Assembly: GCF_001194135.2 (NCBI RefSeq)
Contig: NC_068985.1
Location: 81,024,317-81,088,316, forward strand
From: Octopus bimaculoides
Lineage: Eukaryota
Direction: 5' to 3'
Length of the DNA: 64,000 nt
A program made the position numbers and the translations under genes. The notes under the pieces are model-generated. The model was given only the letters and a program-made list of their open reading frames with translations, did no database searches and had not been told where the DNA came from. Position 1 is the stretch's first letter; each line of letters starts with the position of its first letter. Shown one piece after another: positions 40,258-52,819 of this stretch.

Positions 40258-41862
40258 CAGGGGTGGCCAAACCACGGTTTGCAAGCCACATATGGCTCTT
40301 TGACCTTTACTATGTGACTTGTGGAAATACGTTGGCTGAGCTCCTTTTTTCATCACAATTAATATAAAAAGCAAATAAGAAAAAATTCAATTTTTATAAT
40401 TGTTTACTGGGTACGAATTAAAACCCCATTGGATTAAAACATAAGTTTAATTTTCATGTTTGGTAAAAATATTTAAGAATTTAAATCCTAATTTTGATGC
40501 TAGATCTGAGTGAGGCATTGTTCTTTAGTGCTGAGGGAAGGAATGGTGGGAGGCAGGGGAATGAAAGAAATTTCTGGTCAGCAAGGGTTACAGAGGTATG
40601 TCAGAAGACTGTGGTCATGGGTAAGGGGATTAAAGGTTTTGGTGTGCCGGAGGAGTGAGAGTGGTCACAGGTGGCTTAATGAGTCTAGGCCCAACTGCAC
40701 TCATGTCATGTACATTAATGCAGTCTAACACAAGACGTTGAACTGTGCAGGCCTAGTTGGTACACTTTGAATACAAGTTTTGTTTAAATGTGTCTGTGAA
40801 AATTTTGTGAAGGAAGATGGCCTCCTCAAATTGTAAGAAACAAAAATAAGGAGATGAAAGCAGAAACTTTAAGCCAGAGTGGCAGGAAGATTTTGCATTC
40901 ACCGTTAAAGGAGGTAAACCTTTGTGCCTTATCTGCCATGTGTCATTCAGTCATTACAAAGCCACTAACTTGAAACACCACTATGAAACAAATCACAAAA
41001 ACTTCCCATATGATTATCCACCTAAATCAAAATAAAGGTAAAACAAGTTAACTGTGTTAAAATCATCACTAAATAGCCAGTGGACTCTGTTGACAGCATT
41101 CAGTAAGGGAGTTGATACAATGACTGATGCCAGTTTTGTTATGTCATGGAATATTGCTCATGCTAAACGCCCATATTCTGATGGTGAATTTGTTAAGAAG
41201 AATATAGCTGAAGTTGTTGCAGTGTTAGATCCAAATAACACAAAACTTCAGCAATTAATAGCACAAACACCAGTTTCATGCCACACTACAGAGAAGTGTA
41301 TCTCTCAGATCAGTGCTGATGTTGCAGGCAAAATGCCAAATGATTTTAAAAATTCTCTTGCATTCAACTTAACTCTTGATAAATCAATGGACATATAAGA
41401 CAACCCACAACTGACAGTATTTATTCATTATGTCTCTTCTGATGTAACTGTGAAAGAAGAGATGTTGGACTTAATGGCATTAAAAGAAACAACTTGTGGT
41501 GTTGACATTAAAAATGTACTTGGCAGGACCTTAAAAAATGCTGATGTTCCACTGAATAAACTTGTCAGTGTTGCAACAGATAGATGGAGCACCTGCAATG
41601 GTGGGAAAATGTAGGATTAATTGCACTTATGAAAAATGATCCTAGCTTTCCAGAGTTTCTCCCTGTTCATTGCATTATTCATCATGAACACCTGACAGCC
41701 AGATACTTCAAGTATGAAGATGTTATGAAATCTGTCCTTGAAATTGTCGATTTCATACACTTAAATGGGAAGACTCACTGACAGTTCAGAAATTTTATTG
41801 AAGAGCTGGAGCTTGAAGATAAACCCCCCAGTGATGTCTCCTTCTACTGCATTGTGAGGTAG
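40258..41862 (+). mobile_element. hAT transposon (SPIN/Buster, GTF2IRD2-like transposase), decayed and 3'-truncated
   Basis: hAT-type terminus CAGGGGTGGCCAAAC. From ATG 40817: FKPEWQEDFAF...PLCLIC...NLKHHYETNH (BED-like), IAHAKRPYSDGEFVK, LDKSMD, VSVATD.GAPAMVG, VHCIIHHEHL. Several stops and frameshifts. Confidence 0.92.
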
Positions 41863-44477
41863 AAGAGACATATTGTCAAGAAACTTCAATCACTTTCCTA
41901 ATCTTAGTAGGAGAGTAAATACATTCCCAGATATTGAAATAAAAGACCACAAACTGGAAGAATACAAAAATAAATTACAAGGACTGCCACCCCTGCTCTG
42001 GATACACAACATGATATCTTTGAAAGTGATTCTGTGACTCTGGAGATTATGAGAAGTGAGCACAACTGTTATAATCTGTTTTTTTTTTGTTTTTTTTTTT
42101 TGCAAAACACTGGCTGCCAGATCAGATTGGAGCCTGGTGCAGCCATCTGGTTTGCCAGTCCTCAGTCAAATCGTCCAAACCATGCTAGCATGGAAAGCGG
42201 ACATTAAACGATGATGATGATAATGATGACTGGACTATGTTATATTCATCCAACAGTGGAGTGAATAAGAAAAGAGAATAGCTTGGTGGTACTGAAACCT
42301 TCCCCTAACTGAAAGTTGACAAGCAATTTAGTGGTTGACACAAGAAAAAGAATTGATTAGAATCAATTTTTCTTCTGGTGAGGATTAAAATTCAAATTTA
42401 GAAGAGATGGAAATTAAGATTGCTTGATCTTAATGACTTCTTCAAGTGAAGTAAAACTATTCCAGTTAGGAATTAAAACTAAGCCACAGACATGCTGGTA
42501 CCTTATTTCTTATTCTATGGCAGTTACTACAACAGCTAAATATTTGTTTCAAATTTTGGCTCAAGGGCAGCAACTTTGGGGAAGTGATAAGTCGATTACA
42601 TCAACTCCAGTGCTCAGCTGGTACCTCTTTATCCACTCTGAAAGGATGAAAGATAAAGTCGACCTCAGCAAAATTTGAACTCAGAATGTAAAGATGTACT
42701 AAATGCTGCTAAACATTTTTGCCAGCTCATTTATTGCCTTAGAACAGTTAAATATTGCAAACAGCAATATCTCAAGTCAAATTTTTTTATAGCAAGAATT
42801 TTGGAATTTGGAAAATTAATAATTTTAACATCAAATAAGCACTACAATTCTATCATTATCGTAATTATCATTGTCATCCTCATCAATATTTTAATATCTA
42901 TTTTCCATGCTAACATGGTTAGACAGGTTTGATACAAGATGTATTTCCATTTGTCTTGACTTTCTCATCTGAAAAGGCCAGCATCTTGTAATCTGATTTC
43001 CCAACTTCTTCCCACGTTATCTAATTGTCTTAACATCAAAAATGGACATTGCAATGATAAGGCTCCTTTACACCTTGATTATTTTTAAGTTTTAGAATTG
43101 CTATTCTGTAGTGAAAGAGATTCTGTTATACTTCTGAAACAAGCACTATGGCACACAAGGTATTATGATAATTTAATTAGGATTAAGAAATCTCTAAATG
43201 TTGATATGATTATTATTATTATTACTTATAATGATGAGCATCATAAAGCACAGAGCAATAAGTTTCCAGTGAGATGAATTCATAGTGTGGATTTGATTTA
43301 CAGTTGTTATCTTCAACTTTAATTCCAAGAAACTTAACTAAGAAATTATTATTTAAATAAATAAGAAGATGCTGTTACATTCTTGTCTATTTATAACCAT
43401 TTCAGGCCATTACACTGAAGTCATTGTGATGAGGTATTTATGTTTTCACTTGCTTTGGTATCCATGGCAATGCCAGCAACATCAAAATAATTAAGAGTAG
43501 AGCTTATGTTCATTAACAATAAATATCAGCATGCATTTCTTAGAAATCGTAAAGTGCTTTTTCTATTGGATTGTATGAAACTAACGAACTTTCTATTGCT
43601 GTGTATATATTATATCTATACATTAATTACAATAATGGATGGTAGCATGGCTGCATGGTTAAAGAAGTTTGCTACACAACTGTGAGGACCTGGGTTCAAT
43701 CCCATTGTGTGGCATCTAAGGCAAGTGCAATTACCAAATGTTTGGGTTGACCACAGCCTTATGAATGAATGTTGGTACAGAGAGAGTGTATAAAAGCAGT
43801 TGGCTGGACTCTACTTGTAATTAAAAAATTCAACCTAACTACATTTGTGTCATGTTTATTCTACCTCAGAACTGTGTTAAGGGTACATCTGCATGTAGAA
43901 TACCTAGCTATTTTGCATAATAACTCAATGAGTGGGTTATTCAGTTGATCAAGCAGTTGGATTTTCTCAAGTCAAAATTGATGTGAAAGTGCCTGGGGCT
44001 TAGAATAAAATGCCTGTAGGATGTATAAGGATTTGAATTATTGTCTAATAGTGAGGGGCTCAAATTTTAGTATATTTATTGATTGATATGTTTAGGTCAC
44101 AAATGTAATTGCTTGCTGAAATTTGCCCATTTGACAAAATAAGTATGTGAAAAAGCAAACTAACAAAATACTATATTGCAAAGACAAAAATCACACATGT
44201 GCCAACATGCAAAGATATATGTAGACAGCTTAGATTGAGGTGATTTTTTTTTTTTTGCTTTTCACAAAAAATGTATTGGTTCTTACATGTGTGCATGTGG
44301 ATCTGAAAATACACTTCAGTTATGTACTTACATATAAGTTCAACAGTGGGTAAATATAAATGTGTCTGTTTATGTATGTCACCACACATATTCGGGTTCA
44401 TATCTATACAGGCTCATGTGCATATATCTATATGTATATTGGTACAAATATGTTTGTGTGTGTGTGTGTGTGTGTGT

Positions 44478-44790
44478 GTGGTGGTAAGAAGCTTGCTTCC
44501 TGACTACACAGTTCTAGGTTGAGTCCCACTGAGTGACACCTTGGGCAAGTATCTTGTATATATGTATATATCTATGAGTATGTGTTTTTGTGTCTGTTTG
44601 TGTTTCACCACTGCTTGACAACCAGTGTTGGTGTGTTTACATCTTCATAACTTAACAGTTCAGCAAAAGAGACCAATAGAATAAGTACCAGGCTTTAAAA
44701 AAATGTCTTGGGTTTGATTTGTTCACCTAAAATCCTTTAAGGCAGTCCTCCAGCATAGCTGCAGTCAAATGACTGAAACAAGTAAAAGAA
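44478..44790 (+). mobile_element. SINE family A copy with internal deletion
   Basis: GGTAAGAAGCTTGCTTCC head, CCTTGGGCAAG core, family A tail. Confidence 0.8.
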
Positions 44791-45055
44791 TATATATATA
44801 TTCTTTATTTGTGAATTAAGGTTATCATTGGTTTTATATTAAGAAAAGTAGGAAAATATCATAGTGTCTTAACAATTTTTCAAGCCATGGAGGTGAATAC
44901 CTTGCTCCATGTGATTGGCTTGAAAAATTGTTTAGACACTAGGATATTTTCCTACTTTTCTTAACATGAAATCAATGGTAGCATTAATTCACAAATAAAG
45001 AAATTATATATCCACTAATGCAGTGTCGAGAACTCATTTCATTGTTCGACATTTA

Positions 45056-45092
<37 letters not shown>

Positions 45093-45741
45093 NNNNNNNN
45101 NNNNNNNNNNNNNNNNNNNNNNNNNNNNNNNNNNNNNNNNNNNNNNNNNNNNNNNNNNNNNNNNNNNNNNNNNNNNNNNNNNNNNNNNNNNNNNNNNNNN
45201 NNNNNNNNNNNNNNNNNNNNNNNNTAGGAAAATAAAAAATAATAAGGCAGAATGCTAAACATAAAGCATATTTTAATATAGATGTGTATAAGGAGGATTA
45301 AAAAGGATTTCTAACCGGCTTTCATTGCATGACAAATTTTCAAGAAGAGGGAGAATGAAAATGTTTTTTACAAAAGAATAAAAAATAATATATGAAAAAA
45401 TAAATATACCAATACATTATATTGTCTTTGAGCTTATAAAGTTCAATGGTAATCCTTGTAGATAATTGTTAGAAAGGATGCATGAAATTAAAAGTTGTGT
45501 TGTTTAAAAAAAAGGAGCAGGAAGTGTGGTGTCAAAACAGGAAGTGTGTGTAAGGGAAGACAAATCTGTGGGTTTTATACTCTTTAGCTGGAGTTCTGAA
45601 CTCTTTGTCAACAAGAAGTTTATGTCTGTTCTTAGAGAAACAAGAAGTATATTTATATATTAAGTGTTTGGAATATCTCTATAAAAAGATTCTCTTGTTT
45701 TTATTTTCCTATTATTTCTCCACGTGTGGTTAACACAACCC

Positions 45742-45895
<154 letters not shown>

Positions 45896-46520
45896 AGCAG
45901 CTAAGCCTTGTTTCACCCAGCTAGTTTGGATGATGTGGCTGTAAAACCTGCTCTGTGTAAGCATTCGACTTGTTTGGGCATGCTTATGTTAAAAAACAAT
46001 TCTAGAATTATTTTTTGTCAAAAAAACTAAAAATAACTGATCAATGGAATATTGAGGTTATCCCTATTGTCATTGGAGCATTGGTTTCATTACCACCCAA
46101 TCTGAAAAAACATCTGACAACCCACAGTCGACACAATATCTTCAATCAACAACCTCACGATATTGTATACTGTGCGACGTCTATAATAATAATGATAATA
46201 ATTATCCTTTCCCCTATAGGCACAAGGCATTAAATTTGGGCAGGGGGGGGGGTAATTGATTACATCAACCCCAGTACAGAACTGCTACTATTTTATTGAC
46301 TTGAAAATGATGAAAGGTAAAGTTGACCTTGATGGAATTTATACTCAGAACGTAAAAAGAGACAAAATACCAATGAGTATTTTGTCCAGCATGCTATTGA
46401 TTCTGCCAGCTTGCCACCTTAATAATAATGCTGATGATGATAATAATAATGATGATGATAATAATAATAATAATAATGATAATAATAATAATAATAATAA
46501 TAATGATAATAATAATAATA

Positions 46521-47520
46521 TAAATGCAAAAGAAATAGACAGAGAAAAATCCCAGCAATGGTTGAGATGCTCAGGACTCAAAGCAGAGACTGAAAGATTT
46601 TTAATTGCTGCACAAGACCAAAGCCTCCCCACCAGAAATTACCAAAAACATATAATGAAAAGAAACATAACAAGTAACTGTAGAATATGTGGAGCTGGAC
46701 NNNNNNNNNNNNNNNNNNNNNNNNNNNNNNNNNNNNNNNNNNNNNNNNNNNNNNNNNNNNNNNNNNNNNNNNNNNNNNNNNNNNNNNNNNNNNNNNNNNN
46801 NNNNNNNNNNNNNNNNNNNNNNNNNNNNNNNNNNNNNNNNNNNNNNNNNNNNNNNNNNNNNNNNNNNNNNNNNNNNNNNNNNNNNNNNNNNNNNNNNNNN
46901 NNNNNNNNNNNNNNNNNNNNNNNNNNNNNNNNNNNNNNNNNNNNNNNNNNNNNNNNNNNNNNNNNNNNNNNNNNNNNNNNNNNNNNNNNNNNNNNNNNNN
47001 NNNNNNNNNNNNNNNNNNNNNNNNNNNNNNNNNNNNNNNNNNNNNNNNNNNNNNNNNNNNNNNNNNNNNNNNNNNNNNNNNNNNNNNNNNNNNNNNNNNN
47101 NNNNNNNNNNNNNNNNNNNNNNNNNNNNNNNNNNNNNNNNNNNNNNNNNNNNNNNNNNNNNNNNNNNNNNATGACAACGTTTCCCTAAAAGAAATGGAGA
47201 AACTTTCAAAATACAAAGACTTGGAAATAGAGGTAACTCGAATGTGTAATCTAAAAACAGAAACAATTCCTACCATAGTAGGTGCCTTAGGTATAATAAA
47301 AAAATATTCAGACAAATACATAACAAAAACACCAGGACTTACAAATATATATAACATACAGAAAATTGCACTACTGGGCACTGCACACATCCTATGCAAA
47401 ACACTTTCAATACAGTAACCATAAGAGCATCACAGCAAACCACAGCACATACCTAAGGCACACAGAGCTGCGCTTGGTAGTGAAGTGAAAGCACGATATA
47501 AAAATAAAACTACTGAACAA
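46521..47520 (+). mobile_element. R4/Dong-like retroelement 3' portion (CCHC region and REL endonuclease)
   Basis: WLRCSGLKAETERFLIAAQDQSLPTRNY...CRICG and EKLSKYKDLEIEVTRM...IVGALG...QKIALLGTAHIL. (TAA)n on both sides. A 470-N gap lies inside. Confidence 0.92.
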
Positions 47521-47753
47521 TAATAATAATAATAATAATAATCATACTTCCTAATATAGGCACAAACCTGAAATTTTTGGAGAGGGGATAAGCCGTTTAT
47601 TTTGACCCCCAGTGCTCAAATGGCACTTCATTTATCAATAATGAAAGGCAAAGTCAACCTTGGTGGGATGTGAAGACAGATGAAATGCTGCTAAGCATTT
47701 TGACTGGCATGCTAATGATTCTGCCAGCTCACCACCTTACAAAAGTGTGAGAT

Positions 47754-47871
47754 GCTTACAGCACCTAAGTTTTCCAAGTGGTCACTCATCTAAGTACCAA
47801 CTAGGCTCAATGTTGCTTAACGTTGGTGACTGGACAAGAACTGGTACATTCAATCTGGTATAGCCATAAGC
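47754..47871 (-). pseudogene. 5S rRNA pseudogene (full length, diverged)
   Basis: The minus strand reads GCTTATGGCTATACCAGATTGAATGTACCAGTTCTTGTCCAGTCACCAACGTTAAGCAACATTGAGCCTAGTTGGTACTTAGATGAGTGACCACTTGGAAAACTTAGGTGCTGTAAGC. This is 118 nt, colinear with metazoan 5S, including box A and box C with substitutions. Confidence 0.9.
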
Positions 47872-47883
47872 AAAGAATAAGCA

Positions 47884-47933
47884 TTCCCATGCTGGGAATA
47901 AAACCCGGGCCACTTGGGTGAAAGCTAGGAATC
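47884..47933 (-). pseudogene. tRNA-Glu(TTC) 3' two-thirds, pseudogene
   Basis: Minus strand GATTCCTAGCTTTCACCCAAGTGGCCCGGGTTTTATTCCCAGCATGGGAA; about 42/50 positions match canonical metazoan tRNA-Glu-TTC as I recall it. The anticodon stem and T-loop are mutated, and the 5' end is replaced by (TTA)n. Confidence 0.85.
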
Positions 47934-48951
47934 ATAATAATAATAGTAATAATAATAATAATAGTAATAATGATAATAATAATAATAATAATAATAATCC
48001 CTACAAGAAGTGCAAAAAATCATGTTAACTGGAACGACTCATGTACTGAGAAGAGCATTATCGCTGTGAAAACAACATCCATTCATGAATTTTTAAAAAT
48101 TTTTATTTAAAAAAAAATTTTTTTATTTATTAATTTTTTTTTTTAAATACATACTTTACCTGTGAATTTGCGTGTGTAAACTGGGAATGCATACAATGAG
48201 TTTCTCTGCCCTAGGTGTACGAAAAACACTCGGCGAGAAATGGAAGAAAATTTGAAGAAAGACGAAAAAAAATCAACATAATAATAATAATAATAATAAT
48301 GATAATAATAATAATAATAATAATAATAGTAATAATCCTTTCTGTCAAAGGCACAAGGTCTGAAAATTCTAGGTTTTTATGCAGATCTGTGTGATCTGCA
48401 TAAAATAAGAATCATTTCTAATTTAGGCTCAATGGCAGCAATTTTGAGAGGAGAGGATTAGTTGGTGCCATCCACTTTCATGCTTGACTGGAACTTTATA
48501 CCAATGATAGCTGAGAGATGAAAGATGTCTTGGTAGAATTTGAAGTCAGAACATAAAGAAGCAGAAGAAAGACATTACACATCCAGTGGAGCACACTAGC
48601 TTCATTCATCTCTGGTCTTTACATTTCCTCTGCATTCAGGTCCATGCTTCACTACCATGTAGGTTTGCTGTTCGTACACATGCATCATACAATCTTCCTT
48701 TCACTCCTTATAGTACTGACTCTCCTGGAATTGACTAAAAAGCATGTAGACATATTTCTAACTGATAACCCAAGGACTTACAAACATTTACAATATACAA
48801 ATGCTAGTACTTCTAGTCACTGCACATGTATTACGTATTTTCAATACAACAGAAAATACAAGACCAAAACAAAATGTTGCACATACTCAAGGTTGCATTA
48901 TGTTGTATTTGATAATGCCATGAAAACATGAGATTAAAAATAAAGTTACAA

Positions 48952-48990
<39 letters not shown>

Positions 48991-49000
48991 TGATGATGAT

Positions 49001-49533
49001 GCAGTGGCTCCCATGGCTCCTGATCTTAACTGATTGAAAGTGTTATCATGTACATGTTTTGTCTTGGTGTAAAAGATGGGCTACAGCAAATATTCTGTTC
49101 AGTACCACAAATTTGCTTGTCAGTTGTTTGACTGTAACCAGTCGAGTATGTCCCTTAGTGGCTGACAATATGTGTATCTCTGATCATGCACAGAAGTAGG
49201 GGGAGCATCATAGCCATGTATTGAGAGGAATTCTTTGGGGTTTAGATAATTCATCTCTGGAAACATGGGTGTTTCATTCAACAGCCTTAAACTACCCTTA
49301 TTCAGGGATCTTTTGAGTGGGATGGGCTACTCAATCTGAAGAAAATTCTAACTGGGCCCCACCTGCAAGGTCATATGCTGTTTATCTTGATATGAGATCA
49401 CCATGTCATGCCCATATAGTTGTGATGCATGTGTCTCGCTTACTCTTATTAGACAGGTACTCATGATGGGTATACTGGGCTTTGTATATTTAATCCCAGT
49501 GTCACTTTGGTGGCATACACTGCTCTCTCACTC
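49001..49533. mobile_element. Second copy of the microsatellite-flanked 560-bp repeat
   Basis: Colinear with 11590-12128. Confidence 0.75.
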
Positions 49534-50372
49534 AATGATGATAATAATAATAACAATAATAATAATAACTCTCATAGGCATAGAGTCACAAATGTGGGGA
49601 AAGGTATAGTCAATTAGACCAATCCCACTAATTAAGTGGTACTATTCATCATGAAAGCTTAAAAGACAAAATTCATGGTTAGTGAGATTTGAACTTAAAG
49701 CACAGAGGAACATAACTAAATTCTACAAGGCATTTATTTGGGTACTCTGCTGATTCTGTCAGTCTACTTGACAATGTATCGCTTTGGCATTATTGTCACA
49801 TATATTGACTCCCATTTATAAGACTGGTATTCATATTATCTATTCTAGAAAGATTAAAACCAAAGTTCATCTTGGTAGGATTTAAACTCAGAATGCAAAG
49901 GAATTGATCTAAATACTCTGCAAAATCCTAGTTTACTGACTGTTCCCTGTCATTGTTAAAACATAAAAGTCAATGAAGATAAATTAATACATTTTAATAC
50001 TTTTAGAATAGATGTTTAGAAATTCTGATTTAGAGGCAGAATCAGTCTAGTTGATATAAATAATCCAGAATATTTTAGATGTTGATTTTAATCAATGAAT
50101 TATTATTCAGATTTTCCTCATCAGAAAATATCAATGAATCAAGTGTTTTTACCCTCTTTGTTTTGGTTTCTTTTTTTAAAAGTTATGTTTGGATTAAAGG
50201 GTTAATATGTTGTGAAGCATCCCTTTTGTTGATCTGTGCTCTGATATGCTGTTGATGAAAATCTATCATCAGGCTATAAAGAAAAATTGCTTTACTGCAG
50301 TTGGTTTTCATTATCTTATTGTTGTTGATGATCTTTGATGAGAAAATCAGACTCAGCTTCAACTTGATTTAC

Positions 50373-50449
50373 TTGTGTATGATTCAGTAAATGCAGATAA
50401 TCTTTTGATAAGCTGTTGGTTTTTAAAACAGCCAAATATGTAGCTCAGT
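50373..50449 (-). CDS. Candidate exon on the minus strand (LSYIFGCFKNQQLIKRLSAFTESYT)
   Basis: Strong T-rich acceptor ending TTATTGCAG, CAA|GTAAAT donor, open in phase 2 to 1. Confidence 0.22.
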
Positions 50450-51040
50450 CTGCAATAAATATATAAAGAAAAAAAAGCAAAAACAGAATTCAGAAATAGG
50501 ATTTTTATGGAATGGGGTATTTGTTATTTAATCAGCCTCATCAACAGCTGTAAGACTGTGGAGCAGTGACTGAGATACTAGATGGACAAACGAAATGCAT
50601 TATTGTATTTGGTCACATCTCTTTATATTCCTAATGTAAATTAGTTTTCTATTTTTTTGTTTTGTTTTAAGGAGTGATAAAGTAAACATCACGATTACAT
50701 CAAATATGATCCTCTTGTGTACAAATTTTGGTCTCATGCTTACTTAAGAAATCGATATTATCAACTGTTGTTGGGAAGTGATTTGGCATAAATTGAAGAA
50801 TGCTTAGAGAATGTCTTACAAACATTTTAGCTTTGTCTTATTTTATTCCAGTTTGCTTGGTGTGATTCTACATTTCATTCCATCAAGTCAATAAAGGAAA
50901 TAACTGTATTTTGCTGGGATCAATCTCATTGCAAATATTTCTTATTAAAAATTTAGACTAAAAATATGGCATGGCTTGTGAGGGATATAATAGATTGGCC
51001 TTGACATTACTTCAGTAATGAAATATGAAGTAAGTTAGAC

Positions 51041-51410
51041 TAGGTGTAGGCATGGCTGTGTGGTAAGAAGCTTACTTCCCAACCACATGGTTCTGGGTTC
51101 AGTCTCACTACATGACACCTTGGGCAAGTGTCTTTTACTTTGGCCTTGGGCTGACCAAAGCCTTGTGAGTGGATTTGGTAGATGGAAGCCCATTGTGTAT
51201 ATATGCGTGTGTGTGTATATATGCATGTGCTTCAGCACTGCTTGACAACTGGTGTTGATGTGTTCACACTCCCGTAGCTTAGTGGTTTAGCAAAAAGAGA
51301 TGGATAGAATAAGTACCAGGCTTAACAAAATTAAATGTTAGGGTCAGTTCAGTCAACTAAAAATTCTTCAAGGTGGTGTTCCAGTCTAATGACTGAAACA
51401 AGTAAAAGAT
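51041..51410 (+). mobile_element. SINE family A copy
   Basis: GGCATGGCTGTGTGGTAAGAAGCTTACTTCCCAACC head through to the tail. Confidence 0.9.
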
Positions 51411-52604
51411 AAAAAAAAAAAGCTAAAGGATAAATTACCAACAGTCAGTTAATAAAAAAACAAAAAAAAAACAAAAACGAATGTTTATGTAAAGGCTGGT
51501 TTAAAGAAGATACTGATTTGACATATATAATCAACAATTGCTGTCTATAGTTTATTGCCAGCATCTGCAACTCAAGTTTAGAAACACAGTATATAAATGT
51601 GATATGTCATATGTACAATAAAAATTACAGTTGCTTTCATATATCTCAGAAATTGAAGAGTACTCTTCATAAAGCTGCCACTGATTCAAAATTTTAGTGA
51701 AATCATTATGTCTTTTAAGATTAAACTTTACCTAAAAATGGAACATTTGGCAAGAAAGTTCTTTTTCTTTTTTAATTTGAAAAAGTACTTCTGTAATAAT
51801 TATCGACTTGGAATTTTATAATTAATAAAATTTCAAAAGTATAAATCAAACAAGACTTCTCTTATTTGAATAAAATAAAAGTAGTGTTTATCTTCAAAAC
51901 CATAAAATGATAGAATTATTTTATAGTAGTTGAATTAATAGTACCAATATATGTTTCATTTAATAGCTGGCTTCAAAACACATCGCCAAATCAGCATTGC
52001 ATTATCTAGATAGCATATGTTTCTTGTGACGCTCTTTGATTTAGCTTCTCTAACCATTTGTGCCAAGCCCTTATGTAGACAAAACATCCAAATGATGGTA
52101 ATTAATTTAGGTGACTCCACTTATTAAAACTTTTCTGTATTTCTTGTTCATGTTTTACTGTCTTGAAAATTATGTCTAGTGTTGTTTCTATTAGACTATT
52201 TATAGAAATTGTGTAAATTCTACTGCCTGTAATTTTGCTGCTGTAGATTTCTGACTATTAGTTTTACTAAAGTTGTCTTTCCTTCTTCATGCACAAATTT
52301 AATCTGAACTGCTGATCACAATCTTAAAAGCATATGCTGATAGCTGAAGCACTTTTGAATACACTTCTGATGTAGTTTTTAGAAGTAGCTAGTAAACATC
52401 GTTTCTATCCATGTAAATGGTTTAGTTAGAAACCAGTGACCAGAAGTAGGCCTCTCAAAATTCTATACCAGTTTGGTTGTCAGCAACAAAGTGTGGAAAA
52501 AGATGATACAATAGCCTTCTATCAGTTCCTGCTTGGTGATGGGCTTTTGCTGGAAAGCCATTTCCATCTGTACTTTATTTCAAACATTAATATTGCATAA
52601 AATA

Positions 52605-52819
52605 CAAGGAGGTGTTGAAAAGTTCTTGGCTTTAAGAGTATTGCAAAAGGTATAGTTGGAGGCCTAACCTTCTGAGTTCTTTTACAGGGCTTAGAAAACT
52701 GAAGGACTACTGCAATATGTGTGTGAATCTGAGAGGGGAATATATTGGATAAAATTGTAATTAACTGATCCTCCTCTATTTTCTTTTACCCAAGGCCAGG
52801 AACTTTTGAGTACCTCCTT
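52605..52819 (+). mobile_element. Second copy of the mariner-derived MITE
   Basis: TIRs TACAAGGAGGTGTTGAAAAGTTCTTGGC / GCCAGGAACTTTTGAGTACCTCCTTGTA. Body is colinear with 35999-36207. Confidence 0.88.

Noticed and set aside
45517-45547. Two CAGGAAGTG ETS-like motifs in tandem
   Set aside because: Short motifs with no CpG island or other promoter evidence.
46256-47418. 310-aa and 243-aa ORFs as a host gene
   Set aside because: Composite of a SINE, a (AAT)n tract, an N gap and an R4-like retroelement.
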